Assembly: GCA_963699755.1 (NCBI GenBank)
Contig: CAVOVB010000001.1
Span: 1,632,001-1,696,000 of the forward strand
Length of the DNA stretch: 64,000 nt
Reading direction: 5' to 3'
Origin: an uncultured delta proteobacterium
Lineage (GTDB): Bacteria > Myxococcota_A > Polyangia > Polyangiales > Houyiibacteriaceae
Shown: positions 48,429 through 56,967 of the stretch, in pieces
How positions within the stretch are numbered: the first letter of the stretch is position 1
Layout: each line of letters begins with the position of its first letter
The notes under the pieces: generated by a model
Seen by the model: the letters and a program-made list of their open reading frames with translations, nothing else
The model's database searches: none
Told to the model about the DNA's origin: nothing
Position numbers and translations under genes: made by a program

Positions 48429-50878
48429 TTCCGTCGTGTGCGCCGCGGCCGTTTCCTGGGTTCGGCGCTCTGCGTCTTCGAATCGTCGCGCACTTTTTTC
48501 GGTTGCCTGCCCCGTCTCTTTGAAGGGCCGGTCCGCTTCCCCGGCGCCGCCTTCCCTTCTTGGCGCGCATCGCCACGCTTCTTGGGCGCTCGGCCGCGCT
48601 CTTTGCCGCCGCTGCGTTGCATCCTGCGGACCTGTGTCGGCGCCTCCGCGGGCTGGTGCTCCAGCAGGGAGCCAATGACATCCCTAGCCTGGACATTGGC
48701 GTCCTCGATCCGCACTCTGACCGGATCGTTCATCGTGAAGATCTTCGCCGTCCTCGCTCCGATCAAGCGAATGCCCAAGTCGTCTGGTTCGTAACGATCT
48801 TCGAGTTGCTCGAACGGCAGCAGGACGCTCACGAAAGGATCTGCGATCTGAATGTAGATGCCAAAGGGCGCAAAGCCCGAGATTCGCCCCTCGAACTCGT
48901 CTCCGATGTGCTTCTGCATGTAGATGGTCCGGTAGACGTCCATCACATCGCGCTCCACGATCATCGCGCGGCGTTCGGATTCGCTCGCTTGTGCGGCAAA
49001 TCGCTGAAGGCGCGGCCGAAGTGAAGCCGAGTCGAGGCTTTCGTTCCGAATCATGCTCCGAAGGACGCGATGGACCAGTAAGTCCGGATATCGTCGGATC
49101 GGAGACGTGAAGTGCAGATAGTCCTTCGCCGCGAGGGCGAAGTGACCGGTGGTCGGGTCGGTGTCGTAAATCGCTTGCTGCATGGCTCGCAAGAGCAGGT
49201 ATCGGAGCAGCGAGGCTTCGTCCGTGCCTTCGATTCGACGAAGGAACTGGCTGAGCTGCTTTGGAGTCGATGCAGCCTCTTCTTCGAGCTCGTAGCCGAA
49301 GGACTTCGCGACCTGGCAGAACATCGAGATCCGCTCCGGGTCGGGCTTGCCATGGACTCGAAACACGCCGGGCGCACCGTGCCGCTTGATGTGCGCAGCA
49401 ACGGTTTCGTTGGTCACCAGCATCATGTCCTCGACGATGCGGTATGCTTGTCGAATGCCTGGGTCTTTGCGGGACTGGACGATTTCCTTGGGCTCTCCGT
49501 GCTCGTCCAGGACGATCTTCCCCTCCGGAAGGTCGAAATCGAGCGAGCCGCGTTTCTGTCGGCGAGCTCGAAGCCGCTGCGAAAGATCGAGGAGGATTTT
49601 GAGGGTCTCGACCCGCTTTTCGGCCGAGGGCTGATGCGGGCCCTTGTCGGTGAGGCGGAGCGCGCGAGCCACGCCCTCGTAGTAGAGCTTCCCGTGCGAA
49701 CGCATCACGGCTTCGAAGATGCGATGGGAGCCCATATGCCCCTTCTCGTCGATGTGCATTTCGACCGCCATACAGAGGCGGTCGCGGTTCGGCACGAGCG
49801 ACGCAAGATTGGTCGAGAGCTCGGGTGGCAGCATTGGGATCGCGCGGTCCGGCAGATAGACGCTCGTGCCTCGGCTGATCGCTTCGCGGTCCATCGGGCT
49901 GCCTTCGATGACGTAGTGAGATACGTCTGCGATCGCGACGATGAGACGGAAGCCGTTTCGTGTGCGCTCGACCCAGATCGCGTCGTCGTGGTCGCGCGCG
50001 GTTTCCGGGTCGATCGTGACGAGATCGACGTCTCGCAGGTCCTCGCGATTCTTCAGCACTTCCCGGTCCACGCGGGCGGGGAGGGCGGCGGCCTCTAGCT
50101 CGACGTCGTCCGGGAAGACCTCCCGGATCCCGTCGCGGATCTTGATCTTCTCCACCTCGGTCCGTGCGACCCCTTGTGCGCCGAGCACTTCGACGATGCC
50201 CACCTCGGGACGGTCCTCGCTCCGCTGTGGAAACGTGACGATCTCTGCGAGGATGACGTCTCCTTTTCGGACGGACTTCGGGACCTTGCCTACCACGCGC
50301 ATGGGCGAGCGCAGCCGCTCGTCGTCGGGCTCGAAGCTCATCCCCCGGCCGCGCGGGTGCAGCATTCCGGTCACGTTCTTCAGTCGCCGCTCGACGATGC
50401 CGACGATGAGACCTTCTCGGCCTTTCGACGAAGGACGGGCCCTGAGCTGGACCGTGTCCCCATGGAGCGCTGGCCCCACCGCATCGGGCGGAATGAAGAC
50501 GTCGGAGCCTCCGTCGTACACGTTGACGAAGCCATACCCTTGGCGCGTCATCGTCAGCTTGCCCTCGATCACGGGAGTCAGCGGTGCAGCAAGCTGCTGC
50601 CGCTCCTCGGCCTTGCGGCCGCGTCCTCGTGTGGTCTTCGCTTGCTCGCGACCTCGCTTCTTGTTTTTGTCGACAGCGAGCGCACGAAAGCGCAAGCCCG
50701 GCATCTCGGTCACGAGGTTCTCGTCTTCGAGCAACAAAAGGCGCCGGACGATCTCGTCCTTGGCGCTGCGCGGAACATTGAGCCTTCCGCAGAGCTCTCC
50801 AACGTGCATCGCACGGGGAGCGTTTGCCTGCAGAACCTGCAGGATTTCGTTCTTCTCAGGAATTTCTTCGTTCATCAT
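48425..50878 (-). CDS. rnr: Ribonuclease R
   Basis: N-terminal HTH and CSDs, TIDPETARDHDDA, HFTSPIRRYPDL, S1 domain, basic tail. Confidence 0.95.
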   Translation of the reverse strand: MMNEEIPEKNEILQVLQANAPRAMHVGELCGRLNVPRSAKDEIVRRLLLLEDENLVTEMPGLRFRALAVDKNKKRGREQAKTTRGRGRKAEERQQLAAPLTPVIEGKLTMTRQGYGFVNVYDGGSDVFIPPDAVGPALHGDTVQLRARPSSKGREGLIVGIVERRLKNVTGMLHPRGRGMSFEPDDERLRSPMRVVGKVPKSVRKGDVILAEIVTFPQRSEDRPEVGIVEVLGAQGVARTEVEKIKIRDGIREVFPDDVELEAAALPARVDREVLKNREDLRDVDLVTIDPETARDHDDAIWVERTRNGFRLIVAIADVSHYVIEGSPMDREAISRGTSVYLPDRAIPMLPPELSTNLASLVPNRDRLCMAVEMHIDEKGHMGSHRIFEAVMRSHGKLYYEGVARALRLTDKGPHQPSAEKRVETLKILLDLSQRLRARRQKRGSLDFDLPEGKIVLDEHGEPKEIVQSRKDPGIRQAYRIVEDMMLVTNETVAAHIKRHGAPGVFRVHGKPDPERISMFCQVAKSFGYELEEEAASTPKQLSQFLRRIEGTDEASLLRYLLLRAMQQAIYDTDPTTGHFALAAKDYLHFTSPIRRYPDLLVHRVLRSMIRNESLDSASLRPRLQRFAAQASESERRAMIVERDVMDVYRTIYMQKHIGDEFEGRISGFAPFGIYIQIADPFVSVLLPFEQLEDRYEPDDLGIRLIGARTAKIFTMNDPVRVRIEDANVQARDVIGSLLEHQPAEAPTQVRRMQRSGGKERGRAPKKRGDARQEGKAAPGKRTGPSKRRGRQPKKVRDDSKTQSAEPRKRPRRTRRK

Positions 50879-50880
50879 TT

Positions 50881-52159
50881 CTATCGCAGGGCGTGAACCC
50901 CGCCGTCATCCGATCCGAAATACAGTGTGCCGTCGGATCCGATCTCCACCGTCGAGTCGACGTCCTGGCCGACGTTGTATCGCCAGAGCACAGAACCGCT
51001 GGGGTCGATGCAGTAGAGAAAATTGTCTTGGGAGCCCACGTAGATGCGACCATCCGCATCGATTCGGGCTGAGGCACGTACTCGACCTCCGGTCGCGACC
51101 TTCCAGCGAAGCGCGCCCGAGGGGCTTATGGCATAGACGTTGCCATCGTACGAGCCGACGACGATCGTGCCGTCTCGAGCGATCGCCGGGGTTGCTCGAA
51201 CCTCGTCGCCGGTCTTGAATTTCCAGCGCACGTCGCCCGTCTCGTCGACTTGAACGATTTCCCCGCGACCCGTGCCCGCGTAGATGTGCCCCTCGTCATC
51301 GACCGACGCCGAGCCCTCGATGGCGCCACCGAGTTGCACCGACCAGGCGAGCGATCCGTCGGGCCGAAGCGCGATCAGCGAACCTTCCGTCGTGCCGATG
51401 ATGACCAGGCGCGTCGGGTGAATTACCGGAGCGCTCCGAACGTGGTCGGCCGTCGGTTTGTGCCAGTGCAGCCGGCCGAGAAGATCGACGGCATAAGCGC
51501 CGTTGGCTACGACGTAGACCCGTCCGTCGGGGCCCAAAGTGGCCGATGCATCCACGACGTCGTGAAGGGGAAGCTTCCAGCGGGGCTGTCCTTGGAGCGA
51601 AAGCGACACGAGCTCTCGCTGGTGCGTTCCAAATATGATCGACGAGCCTGCGACGAGCGCGCTCGGGTAGATCTTTTGCCCCGCCGCGTACCGCCACTTG
51701 AGCGTGCCGTCGGCATTCAACGCGACGAACTGCCCATCGAGCGAACCGATGTAGACGGTGCCATCATTTCCCGCGACAGGTGATGCGAATACGCGGGCGC
51801 CGGTTTGGTAGGTCCATGCCGCCGAGGGCCTCCCTGACGGGCCGCGGTTTTCGCTTCGACCGGTGTGCGCCGCGTCTCCCATGAAGCCGTTGGCGCTTCG
51901 AGATGCTGCGCCCGATTCGAGCGACGTCCGGCCCGACCACCGGTGTCGCAAGCTCAGCGAGTACTTCTTCGACGAAGCGGCACTTCCCTTCATGGCAGAT
52001 TCGATCTGCCCGGCACTCCGCGTCCGACATGCAGGGCGTAGACGGACGCGAGCGGGGACCGCTACAGGCGGCGACCACCAACAGCACGACCAGTGCCAAC
52101 AAGAGTTGCGGGCTGCAGCGCAATGCGCCGACACTATACCATCGCGGATCGATCGTCAC
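50881..52159 (-). CDS. Lipoprotein with a Cys-rich N-terminus and PQQ-like beta-propeller; apparent frameshift at ~51920
   Basis: Signal ending VAAC with C..DAEC....C..G.C in one frame; repeats of DGT.Y.GS.DG...A...DG..KW in another. Confidence 0.8.
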
Positions 52160-52171
52160 AGTCGCGGCCTG

Positions 52172-53920
52172 CTACCAGCTCAGAAGCCGGATCTCACTTC
52201 CTTTTTGTAGCGCGATCTTCCTGCCGTCGGGGCTGATGGCGATGCTCCGGAGCTCGCCGGGAACTTTGTCCCAATCCGCCGGCCGCAGCCAGAGCCCCGT
52301 ACCGCCGTTGCGCCAGTCGCGCACGACGACGCCCTCCGGATGCGGAATCACATAGCGCGCACCGTCGGCGGTGATCCGAGCGCCACGGATTGGAGCGGGC
52401 AAGGGGCTCGTCGTGCTCAGGTCGATGGGCCGACCGGCCGGCTTCGCGAATTGATTGAGTGGCACGACCCGAAGTACGTCTCCCGACGCGGCGACGAGCC
52501 CTTGGGGCGCCCAGCCGAGCACTGCCCATTCGAAAACGGTCGCGGGTCGATCGATTGGAGTCCTGCATGGAGCCTTGCTCGACCGCCTCTCGATCGGCGC
52601 TCGATGGCTTTGCTTGCCTCGGATCGGACCGACCTCCGCTTCGAAGCCGGCGCAGGTAGCACGCACCGAGCGGACGGCGAAGCGGCCACTTGGGTCACGA
52701 ATCGCGGGAACGAGCTCAGCTTCAGAGAGCGCCGTCTTGATTCCCGAGCTGAGCTGGACCTGGCGAGGTGCTCGCCCATCGATCACGAGGGTGTCAGCGT
52801 CTCGGAAATAGAGTGAAGTCTGGCCGCCCTCGCTGTCGACCGTACGCCAAGTCGCGACGGAGTTGGCTTTCGCCGAGCGCCAAGCGGCTTGAACGAGGTT
52901 CCGCTCTTCCGGGCTCGGTTCGAGCGTCGGATTTTGCCACCAGCGCTGCAGCTCGAGCGCCCGAACGAAGCTACCTTGCCGAATGGCGGCGGATATTGCC
53001 ACTGAAGCAGCGCGCGCCGTTGCTGCCGACTGCTGACATTGCAGGCCATGAGTTCCTGAAAGTCCGACTCGGGCAGCACCGCTTTCGCGGCAGAGTGCGA
53101 CGAACGCATCGAGAACGGCAAGTGCTCGTGCGTTCGCGCTGGCGGGATTCGCGCTGAGCGATTCCCAGGCGGCGTCCGCGAGCTCTTTCAGCCTTGCCTC
53201 GGGTTGCGAAGCATCTCTTGCGAAGCCACCTGGCCTGTTCAGCCACGCCAAGGGGATGCCCGTCTTGCCGATGCGCAGGTTTGCAACCACGTCTTCGTAG
53301 CCGTCCGCATCGCGGTCTTCCGCGACGAGCTCGATTTCGATGTCCGCGCTCGATTGCTCATTCGGGGGCAAGACGGTGATTCGTTCTCGCACGCGCGGCT
53401 GGGCCTCGATCGTGACGAGCCACAAGTTGGTTCGTTTTCCCGTCTCGCAGCGGTGCTCGACGCGAGCTGCGACCAAGGAGCTAGAGAGCTGACGGATACT
53501 CGCGGTGGGTTCGACGCAATGCGCAGGCACGAGGAAGGAATCGATGGCCCGTGAGGAGATGTCGAGGCCGCGAGGGTAGGCGGCCTGGAGACGGACCTCT
53601 TGTGGATCCGCCGACACGACCAGCGCATCGACCGGCTCTCTTCCGTCGAGATTCAATTGCAGCGCAGCCAAGGCATAGCCCGTTTTGAGAACCAAGGTCG
53701 ACTCGGCAACGCGAACCTCGACCTGGTCGGGTCCGTAGCGCTCCCCAACGGGGAGCTCGGGCGCGCCCTCTTCGACTCCAGTCGCGGGCTCGCCTGCATC
53801 TTCGCCTGCATCACGCAGGCCGAAAGGAACCTGCTTGCGGCCGGAGCAACCCCAAATGAGCGCCCCGGCAACAAACACGAGCAGGACAGCAGCCCGGCGC
53901 TGCGATCGGCACAGGTTCAT
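52172..53920 (-). CDS. Hypothetical lipoprotein
   Basis: 582-aa ORF, lipobox IWGC, DRDADGYED Ca-binding-like loop, C-terminal propeller-like strands. Confidence 0.75.
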   Translation of the reverse strand: MNLCRSQRRAAVLLVFVAGALIWGCSGRKQVPFGLRDAGEDAGEPATGVEEGAPELPVGERYGPDQVEVRVAESTLVLKTGYALAALQLNLDGREPVDALVVSADPQEVRLQAAYPRGLDISSRAIDSFLVPAHCVEPTASIRQLSSSLVAARVEHRCETGKRTNLWLVTIEAQPRVRERITVLPPNEQSSADIEIELVAEDRDADGYEDVVANLRIGKTGIPLAWLNRPGGFARDASQPEARLKELADAAWESLSANPASANARALAVLDAFVALCRESGAARVGLSGTHGLQCQQSAATARAASVAISAAIRQGSFVRALELQRWWQNPTLEPSPEERNLVQAAWRSAKANSVATWRTVDSEGGQTSLYFRDADTLVIDGRAPRQVQLSSGIKTALSEAELVPAIRDPSGRFAVRSVRATCAGFEAEVGPIRGKQSHRAPIERRSSKAPCRTPIDRPATVFEWAVLGWAPQGLVAASGDVLRVVPLNQFAKPAGRPIDLSTTSPLPAPIRGARITADGARYVIPHPEGVVVRDWRNGGTGLWLRPADWDKVPGELRSIAISPDGRKIALQKGSEIRLLSW

Positions 53921-53963
53921 GCGAACGGATTAGCACGCGCCTGCGGGCGAAGCTTCAAAAGCG

Positions 53964-54425
53964 TCACTCGGGCCCCGGTACGCAAATCGCGTCGTTTTGG
54001 TCAATGGGGCATGGGTCGAGATTGACTCCGCAGAGGCCTGCTGCCCCGAGGCAGCGGAAACCTGGCTGACAGTCCCCGTCGACGAAGCACGGATCGAAGC
54101 AAACCAAAGTATCGTCGATACCACCGGCGACGCTGGACGGGTAGCAACTCCCGAAGAGCCCCAGATAGGCTCGCGGGCAGTCGGCGGAAACGGAGCCTTC
54201 GGCCACGCAGGTCAAGGTGCAGATGGAATTGACGTAGTCGAAGCCGGCGAATTCCACGCTGAGCTCTTCGCAGAGCGTTGCGGTTTCCACACATTCGTTG
54301 ACGCTAAAGCAAGCGTCGTACACGGGTATGAAGAGCTCGCTCCTGGGGGAGCTGCCGCAGCCCTGCAATGTCGCGAACAACGCTGCAGCGAGAAACGGCA
54401 CCGGGATCTCCGCGGTTCGAGGCAT
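53964..54425 (-). CDS. Cys-rich lipoprotein
   Basis: Lipobox LQGC followed by many Cys. Confidence 0.75.
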   Translation of the reverse strand: MPRTAEIPVPFLAAALFATLQGCGSSPRSELFIPVYDACFSVNECVETATLCEELSVEFAGFDYVNSICTLTCVAEGSVSADCPRAYLGLFGSCYPSSVAGGIDDTLVCFDPCFVDGDCQPGFRCLGAAGLCGVNLDPCPIDQNDAICVPGPE

Positions 54426-54429
54426 CGCG

Positions 54430-55131
54430 CTAGTTTAGCCAGCGGGGCTCGTCGGCGCGACCACCCTTCACCACATCCAAGGAGCCCTTCTTTTTGCGCC
54501 GTTTTGGCCGACGGCGCCGGCTGCTCGGGGGCCGCCGAAGCCACTCGATGAAGGCCATCCCTCCGCAAATGGCGCCGATGTCTGCCGCGAGCGCAACCGC
54601 GTCGCCGGAGGTGATGAACATCAAGACGCTCAACGCGAGCACCAAATAGATGATGTGCACGGGCTTCATGTCGACGACGCCGAACAAGCTCATGCGCCCT
54701 TGCCCGCGGTACGACCATGCGAAGGCCGCGATCGACCCCAAGAGCATGGCCTGCGCTCCGTACAGAGGCGTCGGGTTGGGAACCATAAGCCCGACGATGA
54801 GCGCGAAGATGGCGGATGAAAGCACCGCGACGGCGCAAAGCTGAATGGTGCGCTTTTCGCCGAAGCGCTGCTCGAAAGGTGCAAGCATCCACCAGAGAAA
54901 GACCAGCATGATCAGCATGGAGAAGACGGCCTGGGGACCGGTAGGAAAGGCCAGCACGTGGGTGCCGAGCTGCCAGAGCGTTGCGACTCCTGGCTGTGCC
55001 GTGTCGAGCGCGAGAAATGCGAAAATCGGTACGCCGGCCCAGTTCTGAAGCAGGATCTGCAAAATCCACGCGCCAAAAAGCGCGACCAGCAGCTTCTTCA
55101 CGAACGGGGTCAGTGGCGGAAATCGGAACAC
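54430..55131 (-). CDS. Rhomboid-like membrane protein (probably inactive)
   Basis: PLTPFVKKLL, LWQLGTH, LWW...FEQRFG; GAQ in place of GxS and D in place of the catalytic His. Confidence 0.75.
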   Translation of the reverse strand: MFRFPPLTPFVKKLLVALFGAWILQILLQNWAGVPIFAFLALDTAQPGVATLWQLGTHVLAFPTGPQAVFSMLIMLVFLWWMLAPFEQRFGEKRTIQLCAVAVLSSAIFALIVGLMVPNPTPLYGAQAMLLGSIAAFAWSYRGQGRMSLFGVVDMKPVHIIYLVLALSVLMFITSGDAVALAADIGAICGGMAFIEWLRRPPSSRRRRPKRRKKKGSLDVVKGGRADEPRWLN

Positions 55132-55170
55132 TGGGTTGGTATGGCTATCCTAGGGTTGGTTTGCAAGGGA

Positions 55171-55710
55171 TCAAGGCGCTGGGCATTCCACGCCGGCATC
55201 AATGGTTCGGAAGTCCACGGTGCCCACATCCAGGATGCGGTCGGTGCCGCCATCGATGGTCGAGATCGGGGTGGTTTGGATCTCTGAGCAGTCGACGACG
55301 AACTTGAGGCCAGTGGTCGCACGCCAGCGCGATTTGTACTGCTGCGGCGCCGGGTCAGGCGGTTTCGCGAGAATCTTGCCCGTTCCATCGCAGCGATTGC
55401 GCGTGACCTGGATCGTGTCGAGGTACGCGCCTCCGTCGATGACCGCGGCGTTGGAGTCGCTCAATGCATCGCATCGCAGCGTAAACTCCGGCGCTGCCCA
55501 GAACTGGCGCTCCGATTCGTCGATGATCGCGAGCTCGACCAATGCGATGTTTCGGCAGACCTCCGCGGTTGGATTCTGGCCGTCGACGAGCCAGCGTCCC
55601 CGGACGTGCACATCGCAGCCCGACGGATTGAAGCGCACATCCTGCACGCAGCCAGCCGGTAGCGCGCCACCCATCACGGCCAGCAGGAGCACAAGCGTTG
55701 AAACCCTCAT
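55171..55710 (-). CDS. Hypothetical lipoprotein
   Basis: MRVSTLVLLLAVMGGALPAGC signal and lipobox. Confidence 0.65.
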   Translation of the reverse strand: MRVSTLVLLLAVMGGALPAGCVQDVRFNPSGCDVHVRGRWLVDGQNPTAEVCRNIALVELAIIDESERQFWAAPEFTLRCDALSDSNAAVIDGGAYLDTIQVTRNRCDGTGKILAKPPDPAPQQYKSRWRATTGLKFVVDCSEIQTTPISTIDGGTDRILDVGTVDFRTIDAGVECPAP

Positions 55711-55754
55711 CTGCGGGTAGCCTATCGCGCCCGAAAATGCAGTCAATTCGAGAG

Positions 55755-55782
55755 TTGACACCGCGGTTTCCATGCTTAGTTT
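55755..55782 (+). promoter_or_regulatory. Candidate hsp20 promoter with an inverted repeat overlapping the -35
   Basis: TTGACA-N16-TAGTTT; GTCAA-N8-TTGAC at 55742-55759. Confidence 0.5.
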
Positions 55783-55786
55783 GCGT

Positions 55787-55882
55787 CCATCGTTGGAAGA
55801 TGGCTGAGGCGCGTTGGTGGCGCTTCGGCTTGATCCCACCGTTACCGGGCCTGCGAACGCAGGCTGACGGAGGAGTACATCA
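55787..55882 (+). promoter_or_regulatory. Structured 5' UTR, candidate RNA thermometer
   Basis: Three hairpins; the last pairs into the GGAGGAG RBS. Confidence 0.45.
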
Positions 55883-56298
55883 TGTTGGTTCGTTGGGATC
55901 CATTTGAAGAGATGAATCGCCTCCATGACCACTTCCTAGGTGGCAGGGGGCTTGCAAAGCAAGCGTTTCAAGTCGCGGTCGACATCCGCGAAGAGGCTGA
56001 TGCTTTTTACGTAGACGCTGAGGTTCCGGGCCTGACCGCAGATGAGGTCAAGGTCGACGTCGAGAACAAGGTTCTGACGCTCAGCGGCGAACGCAAAGTC
56101 GAGAAGGAAGAGACCGAGGGCAGCTATCGTCGCGTCGAGCGACAGTACGGCAGCTTCACCCGATCGTTCAGCCTTCCCGAAACGGTCGACGCCGACCACA
56201 TCAGCGCCGACCTGAAGGACGGGGTGCTCGAGCTCCGGCTTCCCAAAAAGGAAGCGCCATCGCCGCGGAAGATTTCAGTCCAGGCCGGGTCGAAGTAA
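55882..56298 (+). CDS. Small heat-shock protein (Hsp20/alpha-crystallin)
   Basis: VDIREE, AEVPG, LTLSGER, ERQYGSFTRSFSLP, DGVLELRLPK. Confidence 0.95.
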   Translation: MLVRWDPFEEMNRLHDHFLGGRGLAKQAFQVAVDIREEADAFYVDAEVPGLTADEVKVDVENKVLTLSGERKVEKEETEGSYRRVERQYGSFTRSFSLPETVDADHISADLKDGVLELRLPKKEAPSPRKISVQAGSK

Positions 56299-56326
56299 GT
56301 CGAAGTAAGGCTTGCATGGAACCATC

Positions 56327-56356
56327 AAGCGGCCTCGTCGTCGGACGGGGCCGCTT
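56327..56356 (+). terminator. Hairpin downstream of hsp20
   Basis: AAGCGGCCTCGTC-GTCG-GACGGGGCCGCTT; weak U tract. Confidence 0.55.
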
Positions 56357-56378
56357 CTCATTGCTGCGTTGCTCCTCG

Positions 56379-56457
56379 GGCTCGCGCTGCCGCGGGTGTT
56401 TGGGGAGGTGGGGGGCGGGCGTCGCCGTTCGGCTTGTGCTGCCGCGGGTGTTTGGGG
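56379..56457. repeat. Two 27-bp direct repeats derived from the dispersed element
   Basis: GGCTCGCGCTGCCGCGGGTGTTTGGGG (56379) and GGCTTGTGCTGCCGCGGGTGTTTGGGG (56431). Confidence 0.75.
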
Positions 56458-56494
56458 GGCAGGTCTTGGGTGGGCTGCGTGGTACGGCTTGTTG

Positions 56495-56609
56495 ACACCG
56501 CCCCGCCCCGCTTACCCCCACCCGTAATCCTCCCTGGCGCGGCGTTCGCTGCGCTCCGCCTTGCCGGCGCATTCGCGCCGGGCTTCGCCCTTCGGGCTCG
56601 CGCTGCCGC
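56495..56609. repeat. Dispersed GC-rich palindromic repeat, copy 2
   Basis: Matches 16540-16647 in the same orientation. Confidence 0.85.
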
Positions 56610-56649
56610 CTGCCGGTTGGGAACGTTGTGCGTCCTGTCTCCGTATGGA

Positions 56650-56839
56650 GGGGCGCGGAAAAAGGCGCGATATGGGGCGGAGTCGGCGTGTGAGTGACAA
56701 TCGGCAAGACAGCAACCAACCCCGATTGGCGCGAGCTCCGAGGGGCCGCTTGCGTGGCCTCAGGCCCCAAGCCCCTCCGGCCACCTTTGCAAGCCGCCCC
56801 GTCCGACGCAGCCCCGTGTCGCGCCTTTTTTCGCGCCCC
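56650..56839. repeat. 190-bp element with 37-bp imperfect terminal inverted repeats (MITE-like or structured RNA)
   Basis: 56650-56686 pairs with 56803-56839. Confidence 0.7.
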
Positions 56840-56967
56840 GGTAGTTGCGGTGCCCGTGCCAGTGTCCGCTATGTTGTGGTGTGCTTGCTAGGCGCTGCCG
56901 ACGGGATCGGCATGCCGTCTGGGTTTCTAAACCGTCCTACCCAGCGATCCATCCCGGCCAGCGCGGA

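Noticed and set aside
56379..56609. CRISPR array
   Set aside because: Only two or three degenerate units, irregular spacing, no leader and no cas genes
56650..56839. Confident 6S RNA or Tn3-family MITE call
   Set aside because: The interior is branched rather than a rod with a central bubble; the ends lack the Tn3 internal motif and a 5-bp target duplication
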